A stretch of DNA of 64,000 nucleotides from the human T2T-CHM13v2.0 reference genome, Homo sapiens, in assembly GCF_009914755.1 (NCBI RefSeq), contig NC_060942.1. One strand, given 5' to 3'. Of the stretch, positions 45,242-57,555 are shown piece by piece. The first letter of the stretch is position 1. Every line of letters starts with the position of its first letter. The translations under genes were made by a program, and so were the position numbers. The notes under the pieces were generated by a model. It did not search any database and had not been told where the DNA came from. It was given only the letters and a program-made list of their open reading frames with translations.

Positions 45242-47261
45242 AAGCTGTTTCATGGCCCTACAATTCCTCTACATGTCACTTTACTCATCTCACCCTCCCC
45301 ACTAACTCCTGGCAACCACTGATTTTTTTCCTAGGGAATCATACAGCATGTATCCTCTTCAGATTGGCTTTTTTCATTTAGCAATAATCATTTAAGCTTC
45401 ATTTATGTCTTTCATGGCTTGATAACTCATTTATTTCATCAGCGCATCATATTTGATTTTCTGCTTGTACTGCAGCTTATTTATCCATTCACCTACTGAA
45501 GGACTCCTTGGTTGCTTTTAGATTTTGGCAGTTATGAATGCTATAAATATATGTGTGCAGGTTTTTGTGTGGATTTAACTTTGCAGCTCATTTAGGTAAA
45601 TAGCCAGGAGCATGATTGCTAGATCATACGGTAAGAGTATGTTTAGTTTTCTAAGAAATTGACAAACTGTCTGCCAAAGTAGCTGGATCGTTTGCATTCC
45701 CACCAGCAATGAATGAAAGTTCCTGTTGCTCCATATCCTCACTGGCATTTGGTGTCGTCAGCGCTCTGGATTTTGGTCATTCTAACAGATGTGTAGTGGT
45801 ATCTCATTGTTTTAATTTACAGTTCTCTGATGACACATGATGTTAAATGAATTTTAAATGGGCATCATAAGCACACTTACAATGTTGAAGGCACAAGGAT
45901 GGCACAAAAACTCAAAATAATTTTTAAAATATAATTATATTAATTATTAAATTAAATATATTAAATAATTTAAAAAATAATTTGATTTTGGATAGTTCAT
46001 GAAAGGCAATGAAATAATCATCATGGGAAGCTAAATTTGATATACTCCCTTGCATGTGACTTATGGTGGAGAATTATTTTTGTGTTGACTTAGTTTTGGG
46101 GGATCACTGCCATCATTCAGCACTTTGGGACACAAAAGAAAGATCTTCACTGGCCTCTCAGGCCTCGTACCCAGTGTGCAAGTCCTATCTAGACCACTAT
46201 GACAACATCTCTTCCTCTCCCCAAAGGCTGCCATTTGCTCAGCTCCCTTGTAATCTCTGTAGACGTGGGCCGCAGACTCTAGGCTGGCCTCTTCTAATCC
46301 TGCCTCTGTCAAGCTATGAGTTATTTTCTTGGAAAAGGAAACCAACCAGGGTCCTTTGATTGCCCTGTTAACTGCTCCCAGCCGGTGCAATTCCCGCCCT
46401 TTCCTGCACAAGTCTCCAATCCCCATGGTCTCCATCTGCTCCTCGATATTTGTCACTGGAAGTCTTGATCCTCCCTTGTTCCTGGGCCCCTGCTCATCCT
46501 TCAAGACCACCTCCAGTACCACCTCCTGGGGCCTCACTTGACTCCTCCCTCCTCCAGCACCTTCTAACACTTCCTCGTGTGTTTAACTGTGTGTTTGTGT
46601 GTGTGCACATCTGTGTGTCTGTTACAGACCTGGTCCTCCCACTAATGGGGGACTTCCCATTCCTCCTGGACTCAGCATCCTGCCCGTTGCACGGTGTTGG
46701 TCCTCAGATAGCAGTGAAGAGGGCTCAGCCTGCTCTTCTCACTCACCAACTTTGAGATTCAGAATCAGCAGGAAGCCCTTCCAAAGAATACTTTCCCTGC
46801 AGATAGCAAATCTGTGGAAGACAACACCCCAAAAGATGATACTGGGAAATAAAAGTCACTTCAGGAGAAGTTGGTAAATGAATTTACAATTACATTGGTT
46901 CCATAGTGTTTCCATGGATACCTCTGCTACAGACATAACCGAGACCCAAGACACTTTTTCATTTCTCTTAAGGCCTACTGCTCATATCCTACCACTAGTT
47001 GCAACTTTTACCTCACTAAATAGTGCTTCATAAAAGGAGGAAAGGCGATCATGACTTCCTGAGTCAATATGCACTTTTTAAATTTTCTAGATAATTTTGC
47101 CACCGAAACAAGGAGTAAAGGCAAGAAAAGTCAGTAAAGGATAAACCATGAAAGCAGCTCATAAATAGATTAATGATATTATATATTTTTCTTTGTTGAT
47201 ATTAATTTTTAATGATAAAACAAGTAACTGCAGGATACATAATTCCCCATTATAAAACATA

Positions 47262-47720
47262 ATTCTTTTATTATGGTAAAATATATATAACATAAAATTT
47301 GCCATTTTATCATTTTTGAGTGTACAGACATTAAGTGCATTCACATTGTTGTATGAGCATCACCACCATCCATCTCCAGAACTTTCTCATCTTTTCAGAC
47401 TGAAAATCTGTACCCGTTAAACACCAACTCCCTTTTCTCTGCTCCCCCCAGCTTCTGGCACCCACCATTCCACTTTCTGTCTCTATGAATTTGACAATTC
47501 TAGGGGCCACATATAAGTGGAATTATGTAGTATTTGTCTTTTAGGTGATGCTTATGTCATTTAGAATTGTCTTCCTAAGGCTGAATCACCTTCCGTTGTC
47601 TGTATATACCATGTTTTGCTTATTCATTCCTCGGTCGGTGGACATTTTAGTTGCACCCACCATTTGGCTACTGTGAATGGTGCTGCTATAAACATTGGTA
47701 TACAAATGTCTGATTCCTTG
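47262..47720 (-). mobile_element. L1MB-like 3' end
   Basis: ggtaaaatatatataacataaaatttgccatttt...caccaccatccatctccagaac. Confidence 0.85.
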
Positions 47721-49074
47721 CTAGAAAACTTGTTTTTTAATAAATAAAAATATCAAGCAGTAAAGAATGTCTTTTGATAAAGCATGATTGCCTTTGTGAA
47801 ATTAAAAAAAAACCTGATTCTCTATAAAGCATGGGTTATGGCTCTTCTGTTGCAACTAAGATATGATAGCCATGTGTTTTTTTTTAAGTTTAAAAACTAT
47901 ATTTTACAAGCTTGCCAAGATACAGTATTACTCAGGAAGACAATCTCATACAACAAATGCCACTCAATGCAAGGAATCAGATAACTCTAGCCAAAAAATA
48001 AAGTTGACTTTCATCTGCACAGATCAATTAACTCAATACCTTGATCATCTAATTCCCTACAGGCCTTCCTCCAGCATGCCCTGTGGCTCCCTTTCCAGCC
48101 TCGCTGCCAAGTTTCTTTCCTTCTATCATGTCATTTTCCCCTTGTTCACTCATGCCTTCTGCCAAATGCACTTACCCTTTTTCTTTAATGGGTTCCAGTT
48201 TTAATGGGAAAGGCTTGTTTAGTTGTCCATAAGCCTTACATGCCCCTTCACATCAATGCTGTCTTAGATTGTAAATTCCAGGAACGCAGGGTAGGTATTG
48301 GCTTTGTTTACTTTGAGTTGGGAAGTTGCCTGTGTTTCCTGCTCCTCTGTGTGGAGGAGATGGAGGGAACTGGGGCAGGGAAGTTGCAGAGCAGGTCCTG
48401 GCCTCCCTTCCATGTCTCTCTCTTGCTTTTATCATATCAGGGGGTGAACATCTCATCAGCATACTTAATTAGCTTGTCTTATTATGGTGCAATCAGAAAG
48501 CAGACCTTTTTGTTCACAGCATCTAGTGTTTTTAATGCTCTTGGCTCCTGACATTTTTGGCAACTCTTATAGATTAGTCACTTTCCCTGCTAAACAATAG
48601 CCTCTTTTTTAGGTAGTAAAGCGTCTAGTCCTGTTTAACATTAGGACTCCAGAATTCATTACAAATTCTCTCCTCTCTTGGCTCAGGTCAGTCTCAGACC
48701 AGAACATCTGCGCTGAAGAAGGAGGGGTATGATCAGTTTTCTCTCTATTTCTTGGTCTCCCTCCTCCCCTGCTTACAAATAATGATGTTTTTATTTCCTT
48801 CTTCCAATCCTTGTGTCTTCAATTATTTTTGGACCTCCAGTGCAATGTTGTTTAGAAGTAGTAGTTGTTGCAGTAGTAGTAGTGGTAGACATCCCTGTCT
48901 TGTTCCTACTTTTTTTCCTGTAATTAAATCAAATATTTTATTTGCATAACTGAAGAAAGCATACGGCTGGTACCAGGAGCTTTAAGGAGTTCTTCTTTAA
49001 TGAAGGTCTTGCAGATATCTATCATTTAAGATACATAATAATCATCTGTACAAATTCTGATATAGCTTCTACAG

Positions 49075-52000
49075 TTTTATTTTTAAATTAGCATAACAGA
49101 ACAAGCCTTTGTGTGAAAATGTGTACTGTTCTATGAATTATAACACATGTATAGATTTGTGTAACTGCCACCACAATCAGGATATAAAATAGTTCTGACA
49201 CCAGAAAAAACTTCCTCATCTACTAGTTTATAGTCACCCTTCCCCTCACCCCTAACTCTTGCTTAAGCTGCATCTCATCATTTTTGGCATGTTGTACATT
49301 TGATTTAATTTGTTTCAAAGTATTTTCTAAATGTCTTTGTGATTCTTTATATTTGCCTATTGATTATCAAGAAGTATGTTATTTAATATCCAAATACTTG
49401 TAAATTTTTCAAATTTCCTTCATTCATTGATTTCTAATTTTATGCCACTGTGGTCAGAGAACATACTTTGTATAATTTCAGTCATTTTAAACCTGCTAAG
49501 GTTTGTTTTATGACCTAACATATGATGTAGCTTGGAGAATATACTTGAGAAAAAACGTGTATTCTGTTGTTGTTGGAGAAAGTGTTCATTCATGTCTTTA
49601 GGTCTCATTGGTTTTTACGACGTTCAGGTCTTCTATTTTCTTGTTGATCTTCTATCTAGTTGGTGTATCCATTATTGAAAGTGTTCATTCATGTCTTTAG
49701 GTCTCATTGGTTTCTACGACGTTCAGGTCTTCTATTTTCTTGTTGATCTTCTATCTAGTTGGTGTATCCATTATTGAAAGTGGATTAGAAGTCTCACTCT
49801 TGAACTCTCTGTATCTCACTTCAGTTCTGTCCATTTTTGCTTCATGTATTTTGGGACTCTGTTGGTAGGCAGGTGTATGTTTACAGTTGTTATGTCTTTC
49901 TGATGATTTACCCTCTTAACCTGATAACATGTCATTCTTTGTATCTAGTAAAAAGCCATAAAACTTGTTTTGTCTTCTATTAGTATAGCAACTCCGTCTT
50001 TCTTTTGGGTACTGTTTGCATGGTTTAATTTTTTCTATCCTTTTACTTTTCACCTCTTTGTGTCTTTGAATCTAAAGTGTATCTCTCATAGACAGTATAG
50101 AGTTGGATCATATTTATTTACCTATTCTGCCAATCTCTGCCTTTTAAGGGAGTGGTTAGTTCATTTACATTTAATGTAATTACTGATCAGGTAGGCTTTA
50201 TATCTGCCATTTCACCACTTGTTTTCCATATGTATTAGAGTTTTTTGTTCCCCTATTTATTACTGCCTTCTTTTGTGTTAGATATTTTGTAGTATAATAT
50301 TTTAATTTCCCTGCTCTTTCTCTCTCTCTCCTCTTCCCCCCAGCATATATGCATGCATTTTTTTGAAGTTATTGTCCTAGTGGATTCCATAGAGATGACA
50401 ATAACATCTTAAGACAATAAAGTTTGTATTAATACCAACTTAATTTCAATCACATATAAAATCTTTAATATAGCTCTACTCTCTCTTCTTCTTTGTGCTA
50501 TTATCACAAATTACATGTTTAAACATTATAAACTTATCAACATGGTTTTATAATTATTAATTTATACACTTATTTTTTAAATCATGTAGGAAAAAAGAGG
50601 AGTCACAAATCAAAAATGCAGTGCTACTGGCTTTTATATTTGTATATAAGTGTATATTAATAAATATATAAATGGTAGTTACTTTTACCATTCTTCTTTC
50701 TTTCTTCATATGCTTTTGAGTTACTGCCTCATGTCCTTTCATTCCAGCCTGGAGGACTTCCTTTAGCATTTCTTGTAGAGCAAGTCTACCAGTTATAAAC
50801 TTCCTGATTGTTCATCTGGGTGTGTCTTGTTTTCCCCCTTCACCTTTGAAGGATAGTTTTGCCAGATATAGAATTATTGATTAATAGTGTTTTCCTTTCA
50901 GAATTGTAGATCTGTCATTCTGCTGACTTCTGGCCTTCATGGTTTCTGAAAAGAAACTGACTATTAATCTTTTTGAGGACGACTTACACATGACACATTG
51001 CTTCTCTCTTGCTACTTTCAAGATCCTGTCTTTGTCTTTCAACAATTTGACTATGATGTATCTAGTTGTCTTCTTGAGTTTGTCCAACTTGGGGTTTGCT
51101 CAGCCTCTTGGATGTGTAGATTAGTATCTTCATCAAATTTGAGAAGAGTTCAGCCATTATTTCTTCAAATATTCTCCCTGCCTCTTGCTCCTTCTCCTCT
51201 CCTTTTGGCACTCTCATCATGCATATATTGGTGTGCTCAAGTGTGTTCTATAGGTCCCAGAAGTGCTTTTCACTTTCCTTAATGCATATTTTCCTCTGTT
51301 TCTCAGACTGGATGATCTCAGTGTCCTATATTCAAGCTCAGTGATTCCTTCTTCTGCCATTTCAAATCTATTGCTGAGCCTCTGTAATAAAATTTTAATT
51401 TCAGTTATTGAACTTTTCAGCTCCAGAATTTTCCTTTTGTTCCTTTTTACAATTTTGATCACTTTGTTTGTATTATCTATTTGCTGAGCTATCATTCTCA
51501 TACTCTCCTTTAATCCTTTAGGCATGGTTTCCTTAAGTTCTTGGAGTATATTTATAGCAGTTGGTTTAAAGTCTTTGTCTAGTAAGTTCAACATCTGGGC
51601 TTCCTCAGATATTTCTATTGATTGCTTTTTTTCCCCTCTGTGTATGGGCTATACTTTCATGCTTCTTTACATGTTTTGCATTTTTTGTTGAAATCTGTAC
51701 CTTTAGAATAATATAGTGTGTCAGATCTGGAATTAAGATTCTTCTTTTATTCCCAAGTTTTGTTGTTTTTTCTGTTTGTTGTTGTTGTTGCTATTTGCTT
51801 GTTTAATGAGTTTATTGGACTAATTATATGAAGTCTGTGTTCTTCACCATGTACAACCACTGTTGGAGCACATCTCTTCTTGCAGGCAACTTACAACTCT
51901 GTCTTAGTCTTTACTTCCTGCTTGTTCAGAGCCTCAAGGTCAGCCAGAGATGAGACATTAGAGCCTTCTGAGGTTTTCTCTGGGCAGGCACAAAGCCTTG

Positions 52001-52420
52001 CATTTGTGTGTGGCTTTCTCAATTCCCAAAAATATGTTGGAGTTTTTCAAAGTCTCCGTAGTCATCTTACTCATTAGTTTTTTCTTTAAGGTTTTTTTGT
52101 CCTAACTGTTATCACCACCTCAGGAGGATACAATGTTAAACAATTGCTACTGACTGTTTTTGAGGAATGCTCTGGAGATAGGGCTGTTTACAGCATGAAC
52201 TCTGAGTCAGGTCAAACTAAGACAAATAGGGTCAAATAGAGACAAAACGAAGCTTTTCCAGAAAGCTTCCAGACAGGTCAAATAGTGACAATTCTCTGGG
52301 GATGGGACTTTTTGCATAACTCCAAACCTCTCCAGTGACTGCCAGGCTGAGCAGCTTTTTAGGCTACTGCAGAGCTGGGGAAAGGGAATATGAGAATAGG
52401 TCAAGTTCAAATGGCACAAA
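49075..52420 (-). mobile_element. Old L1 fragments including degenerate ORF1 and ORF2 endonuclease remnants
   Basis: ORF2-EN-like HMLGHKTNLSRFKMTEIIQSMFSDHSGIKLEIN (49420-49608). ORF1-like RYIIVKLLKDKDRILKVAREK (50881-51087) and coiled-coil remnant (51217-51594). Many stops. Confidence 0.9.
49578..49782. repeat. 99-bp tandem duplication
   Basis: Copies at 49578-49676 and 49677-49775 differ at one base. GAAAGTG sits at all three junctions. Confidence 0.96.
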
Positions 52421-52449
52421 GCTCATCATTCATGCAAGCATGCTCTTAG

Positions 52450-53860
52450 TTCACCCTCTTTAAAAAACAAAAGGAAAAAGCAACAAAAACTCTTTGCCTC
52501 CATCTTCTGCCTAATCTCTCTCCTTCTATGCACAACAAAAATCCTTGAGAAAATCATCTATTCTCTGTCAACGTTGTCTTTTGAATCCATTCCAGTCATG
52601 GTTTTGCCCTTACTACTCTGATGACCCACCAGTGCTCCTCCTCTCCAAGTCACCGATTACCTCTACCTTGCTATATTCAACGGTGATTTCTTGGCTGACA
52701 TTTAATTTGAGTGAGCACCAACATTTGACCACATTCATCACGCTCTCCTCCTAGATGCTGTTATTCCTCTGCCTTCCAGGACACAATCTAACCTGGTTTT
52801 CCTCCTTTTTTCTGCTTCATTCTGCTTACTGGTTTGTTCTCAACCCCTCGGCCTCTGAATGTTGCAGTGCCCAGGGGCTCAAACCTTGGACTTTTCCTTT
52901 CTACTTACACACACTCCCTGCTGATTTCATCCATTCTCATGGCTTTAAGTACCTTCTGTGTGCTCATGACTTACCACAATTGTATCTCCAGCTCTGGCCT
53001 GTGACCTGGACTCCTGACCTGTTTAATCGGTCTCCAATAGGATAACGAATATGCATCTTAAACCTAACCTTTCTGAAACGGAGGTCCTGCTCTTCCTTCC
53101 TTAACTAACTCCCTCTGCATTCTTCCCCAACTCAGGAGACAACAACTTCCTTCTTGCCATTGCTCAGGCAAAAGCCTTTGGTGTCTCCTTGCCTTCTGTC
53201 TTTCTCTTACTCCCAAACCCCATTCATCATCAAATCCTGTTGGCTCTGCTCAGCATCTATTCAGATTCAGTTACTCATCACCACGCACTGCCACCCATTC
53301 ACATCTCTACTCACAGTAAGCTAACTGTTCAGCCAACCTCTACCCTTGTCCTGCTGCAGCTCATACTCAAGAACAGATATTCCTCTGCTCAAACCCTCTC
53401 ATGGATTTCCATCTCCCTTAAGCAAAGCCCAAATCTTCACCACTTTCTACAGTTTCTGCCCTTGGTGACTTCTCAGACCCCACCTCCTGGCTTTCTTTTT
53501 CCCACTCTCTCCATGAAAGCCTCACATGCTCCTTTGCTGTTCTTTGGCAGCACTGGGCACATGGCCACCTCACAGCCTTTGAACTTACTGAGCCCACCAG
53601 GAATGCTCATCCCACAGAAGTCCTGTTGGCTCACTCCCTCACTTCCTTCTGACCTGTACCCAAAAATCACCTTCACTACTTGTCCCTGTTTAATTTTTTT
53701 CTCTCTAGAACTCATTATTATCTTACATACTATATATTTTGCTTCTGTTATTTAATATTGTCTCCTCTCAAGAATATAGATCCAGGAGTGCAACTATATT
53801 TCCAGGGCCCAGATTAGAGAGAACTTGGTAAATATCTGTTGAGTAAATGAATGCATGAAT
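52450..53860 (+). mobile_element. L2 (long 3' fragment)
   Basis: Pyrimidine-rich L2 body ending taaatatctgttgagtaaatgaatgcatgaat. Confidence 0.85.
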
Positions 53861-54590
53861 CACCTCGTCACTCAGCAAGGCTTTGGTGCTGCCCTGGTTC
53901 CACTCCCACAGACAACCTCCATTGTTGGTCTTGGGCGATGATTATCCCTATGCACTGATGAGGGAGGCAAGAGGAGAACTTAAATTGCTTTGTTCTCAAT
54001 TAACTTACCCCCTCACAGCCACCCCAGCTACCACTTCCCCCCAACCTCTCCCACACCAACAAAAGCAGCCTTCGGCCTTCCCCTCTCCCCAGGGGCTTCT
54101 TTATTTGCCTGTTTGTGGTTTTCTTGATTCCAGGTTTTTCTCTTTTATCCAAGGTTGATTTATGGAAAGACAGCCAGAGCCCATGCTAAGTCTGCATTTT
54201 AGCAGAAACTGGCTGTCCCTCCCCCTCTTGTTGGTTGATGTTTCAGGCCCCTGCAATGGTGGAGTAGGCAACAGTGAGAAGCCATGCTGCCCTGTGTGAT
54301 GGTGCAGGCTGCACACTGCAAAACTCCAGGGAGTGATTTCACATGCATATGGCAGCCTTGGGCAGGAAGGGTCTCACTTGAGGAGGACAGTTGTAATTTG
54401 ACATTGAAGCCCCCAAGATATCGTGTATTTCAAATGCTGGGGGGTTTTCCCTCAAGGGATGCTTTACAGGCTCTTCAGAGATGACACTCCAAAAGCTGAG
54501 TGTCTCTCCTACAATTTCCTTGATGGCTCCTCTGGCTGCTTGTACCTGTGTCCACCGCCCCTGCCCCTTCCAGGTGGTTCCCGTGAGTGG

Positions 54591-55060
54591 TGCATAGTCT
54601 GAATGTTTGTGTACCCCTCCCTGCATTCATACATTGAAGCCCTAACTCCCAATGTGATGGTATTGGTAGGTGAAGCCTTTGGAAGGTGATTAGGATTATT
54701 AGAAAAGAAAAAAGGAAGCAAAAACTGCAATTACTTTCGCACCAACCTAATACGAGGTCATGAAGGTGGAGACCCTATGGTGGAGTTAATTAGTGTCCTT
54801 ATAAAAGGAAGAGACCAGAGCATGTGCGCTCTCTCTCTCTCTCTCTCTGTCTCTCTCCCCGGCCCCCCAAACCCCTCCATGTAAGGACACAGCAAGAAGG
54901 CAGCCAGCCACAAGCCAGGAAAATGGTCCCCACCAAGAACCAAATCTCCTAGCATCTCGATCTTGAACTTCACCCTCTAGAACTATGAGAAAAGAACTCC
55001 CATTCTTTAAGCCACCCAGACTATGGTGTTTTGTCATGGCCACCCAATCTGGCTTATTCA
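54591..55060 (+). mobile_element. MaLR LTR (MLT1A-like) with MADE1 remnant inside
   Basis: gtctgaatgtttgtgtacccc...gcctttggaaggtgattagg...tttaagccacccagactatgg. Confidence 0.8.
54699..54750. mobile_element. Half MADE1 (Hsmar1-derived MITE)
   Basis: One TIR gcaaaaactgcaattactttcgcaccaacctaa. Only ttag remains of the other. TA on both sides. Confidence 0.8.
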
Positions 55061-55349
55061 GTCGAGGCCCTCACAAGATGATCCAGTCTGATTCCTTCCA
55101 TGGGATCCATACCTGGCCCATGGGAAACTCTAGAAACAGACCAGTCCCATCCCAGCCACTTCCTCTCTGCTTTCCTAGGGCAGCCAGCAGCCATAGACAT
55201 TCATCTGCAGGCTTTTTCAGCATAAATCAAACTCACATCAGTAGATACAGGCCAAGCACCTCCTCTCCTTCCCAGTGGGGAGAGGAGAGCAAATTCTAGC
55301 ACCCCGACAACTCACCCCAAAGAGATTCGCTTCACCTGCCTCCAACCTC

Positions 55350-55689
55350 TGCCATGGTCTGAAGGTTTATGTCTCTCAAATATGTATATGTTGAAACCTA
55401 ATCCTCAATGAGGTGGGAATAGGAAGTAGGGCCTTTGGGAGATGATTAGGAAATAAGGGCAGAGCCTTCATGAATGGGATTAGTGCCCTGATAACTGTCC
55501 CCAAGGGAGCTTGTTGTCCCATTCAGCCATGTGAGGATGCAGTGAGAAGGCGCCACCCATGAACCAAATCTGCCAACACCTTGATCTTGGACTTCTCAGC
55601 CTCCAGAACTGTCAGTAATACATTTATATTGTTTATAAGTCACCCAGTTTGTGGTATTTTTGTTATAGCAACCCAAATGGACTAAGACA
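55350..55689 (+). mobile_element. MaLR LTR (MLT1A0-like)
   Basis: TG...GGACTAAGACA with perfect 5-bp TSD acctc at 55345-55349 and 55690-55694. Confidence 0.88.
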
Positions 55690-56130
55690 ACCTCTCTAAA
55701 TAGTCTTAGCTTTGCTGGTAACCAGGGGACTGGGGAGAGGTGAAGGGCTAACCCTGGTAGGACCCAATTTGGGCATCTCCTTTGCAAGTCTTGCTGGCTA
55801 GTCTAGCCCCTCACGCTGAGATGTCAGAGTACTTGGACCTATTCTATTCTTGTCTTCGAGCTTTCTGTCAAAACTCCAAGGCTACAGGAAGTCTCATGTA
55901 ACATCTCATCACACACATAAAACAAGGTGGTTATTAACAAGAGAGAGGAAAGAGGGAGGAACGGGAAAGGGAAGAAATGTTTTCTGTGAGCCAAGTGAAC
56001 ACGAATCCCCCATCCAAGCAAAAACCCGCTGTGCGGAAGCAAGAGACCCCCAGTGGTCCTTCCGGATACTGCAGGATGGGTCTGAGAACTGACTGTTCAT
56101 TTCCCAGACTTTTCCACTAATACCTCACAG

Positions 56131-56617
56131 TGTGGGGGCCTGAATAGTGACCCCCTCCTCCTCAAAGATGCTTATGTCCTAATATCTGTAACCTGTGAAT
56201 ATGTTACCTTATATGGCAAAGGAGTCTTTGCAGAGGTGATTAAGTGAAGGATCTTGAGATGGGAGACTATCCTGGATCATCTGGGTGGACCCAATACTGT
56301 AATCAGAAGATCCCTTAGAATAAAGGGAGGCCAAAAGGTCAAAGTCAGAAAAAGTAGGTGTGAGGATGCAGCCAGGGGTTGGGTGATGCACTTTGAAGAT
56401 GGAAGGAGGGGCCACAGGCCCAGGAATCGCGGTGGCCTTCAGAAGCCGGAAGAAGCAAGGACATGGATCCTCCCCTGAAGCCTCAGGAAAGAACCAGCCC
56501 TGCCAATACCTGGATTTTAGGCTTCTGACCTGAAGATCTGTAAGAGAATGAATTCCTCCTGTTTTCAGTCACTAAGCTTATGTTAATTTGTTACAGTAGC
56601 TACAGGAAGCTAATACG
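56131..56617 (+). mobile_element. MaLR LTR (MLT1D-like)
   Basis: acctgtgaatatgttaccttatatggcaaa...aatttgttacagtagctacaggaagctaatac. Confidence 0.85.
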
Positions 56618-57196
56618 GTATACACAACTTTTATTTGCCTTTTATTTGCCCAGAGGAAGGAAAGTTCTCCAGGCACTTTCAACATCTAGAGAGCATAATA
56701 ATATACAGTTATGAGGCAAACACAGGTGCTAAATGCAAATGGATTTTCCAGTATCTCCTGTGGATTTTCAGCAGACTTAAAGGCGAGACTGGAACACTTC
56801 CAACATTCAGCTGAAATCCCACTGTGGGCTAATTTAAGGATGAGTTCCTCATGCCCATAAAGCCAAGCTCTGATTCATTTGTTTTTCTTTTCAGAAGCAC
56901 AATGAAAAGTGACACCTGAATTGTGAGTGACAACAACTGTTCACAGCTTGAAACCCTGAATAATAATCCATGACCAGGTTACCTGCCTGAATTCATGACT
57001 TAATTTTTCTTGCCCATGTTCATCCAATAGGAAACATGTGTTTTAAAGAGAAATAAAACTTTATTCAGGGTTCCCAGCAGCATTTAACAACTGAGCCCGT
57101 CTGTTCAGTAAAATCTTTAATTGGGAACTTCTCTTCAGTTGTACTGAGGGAATTTTTAAGCCACCAAATTGCAAGATAAGTTTATGTTAATATTTC

Positions 57197-57555
57197 TGCC
57201 GTAGTTCAGGCTGCTCTAAAAGAATGCCACAAACTAGGTGGCTTAAACAACAAACATTAATTTCTGAAAGTTCTGGGGACTGGAAGTCTGAGATCAGGGT
57301 GCCAGCGTGGCCTGGCTCTGGTGGGGACTCTTTTCCTGTTTTATGGATGGCCGCCTTCTTGTTGTATCTTCACCTGGTGAAGAGAGAGCGCTCTGATCTC
57401 TTCATCCCCTTATAGGGACACTAATTCCCTTCCTAAGAGCTCCACCTTCACAACCTAAGTACCTCCCAAAGATTCCACCTCCAAATACCATCACATTGGG
57501 GATTTAGGCTTCGCCGTATGAATTTTGGGAGGATACATACGTTCAGACTCTAGCA
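57197..57555 (-). mobile_element. MaLR LTR (MLT1A/MSTD-like)
   Basis: ggtggcttaaacaac...ggaagtctgagatcagggtgccagc...aataccatcacattggg. Confidence 0.8.

Noticed and set aside
49420-51594. ORFs resembling L1 ORF1p and ORF2p
   Set aside because: Short, frame-broken relics of an old L1; not an active or domesticated element.
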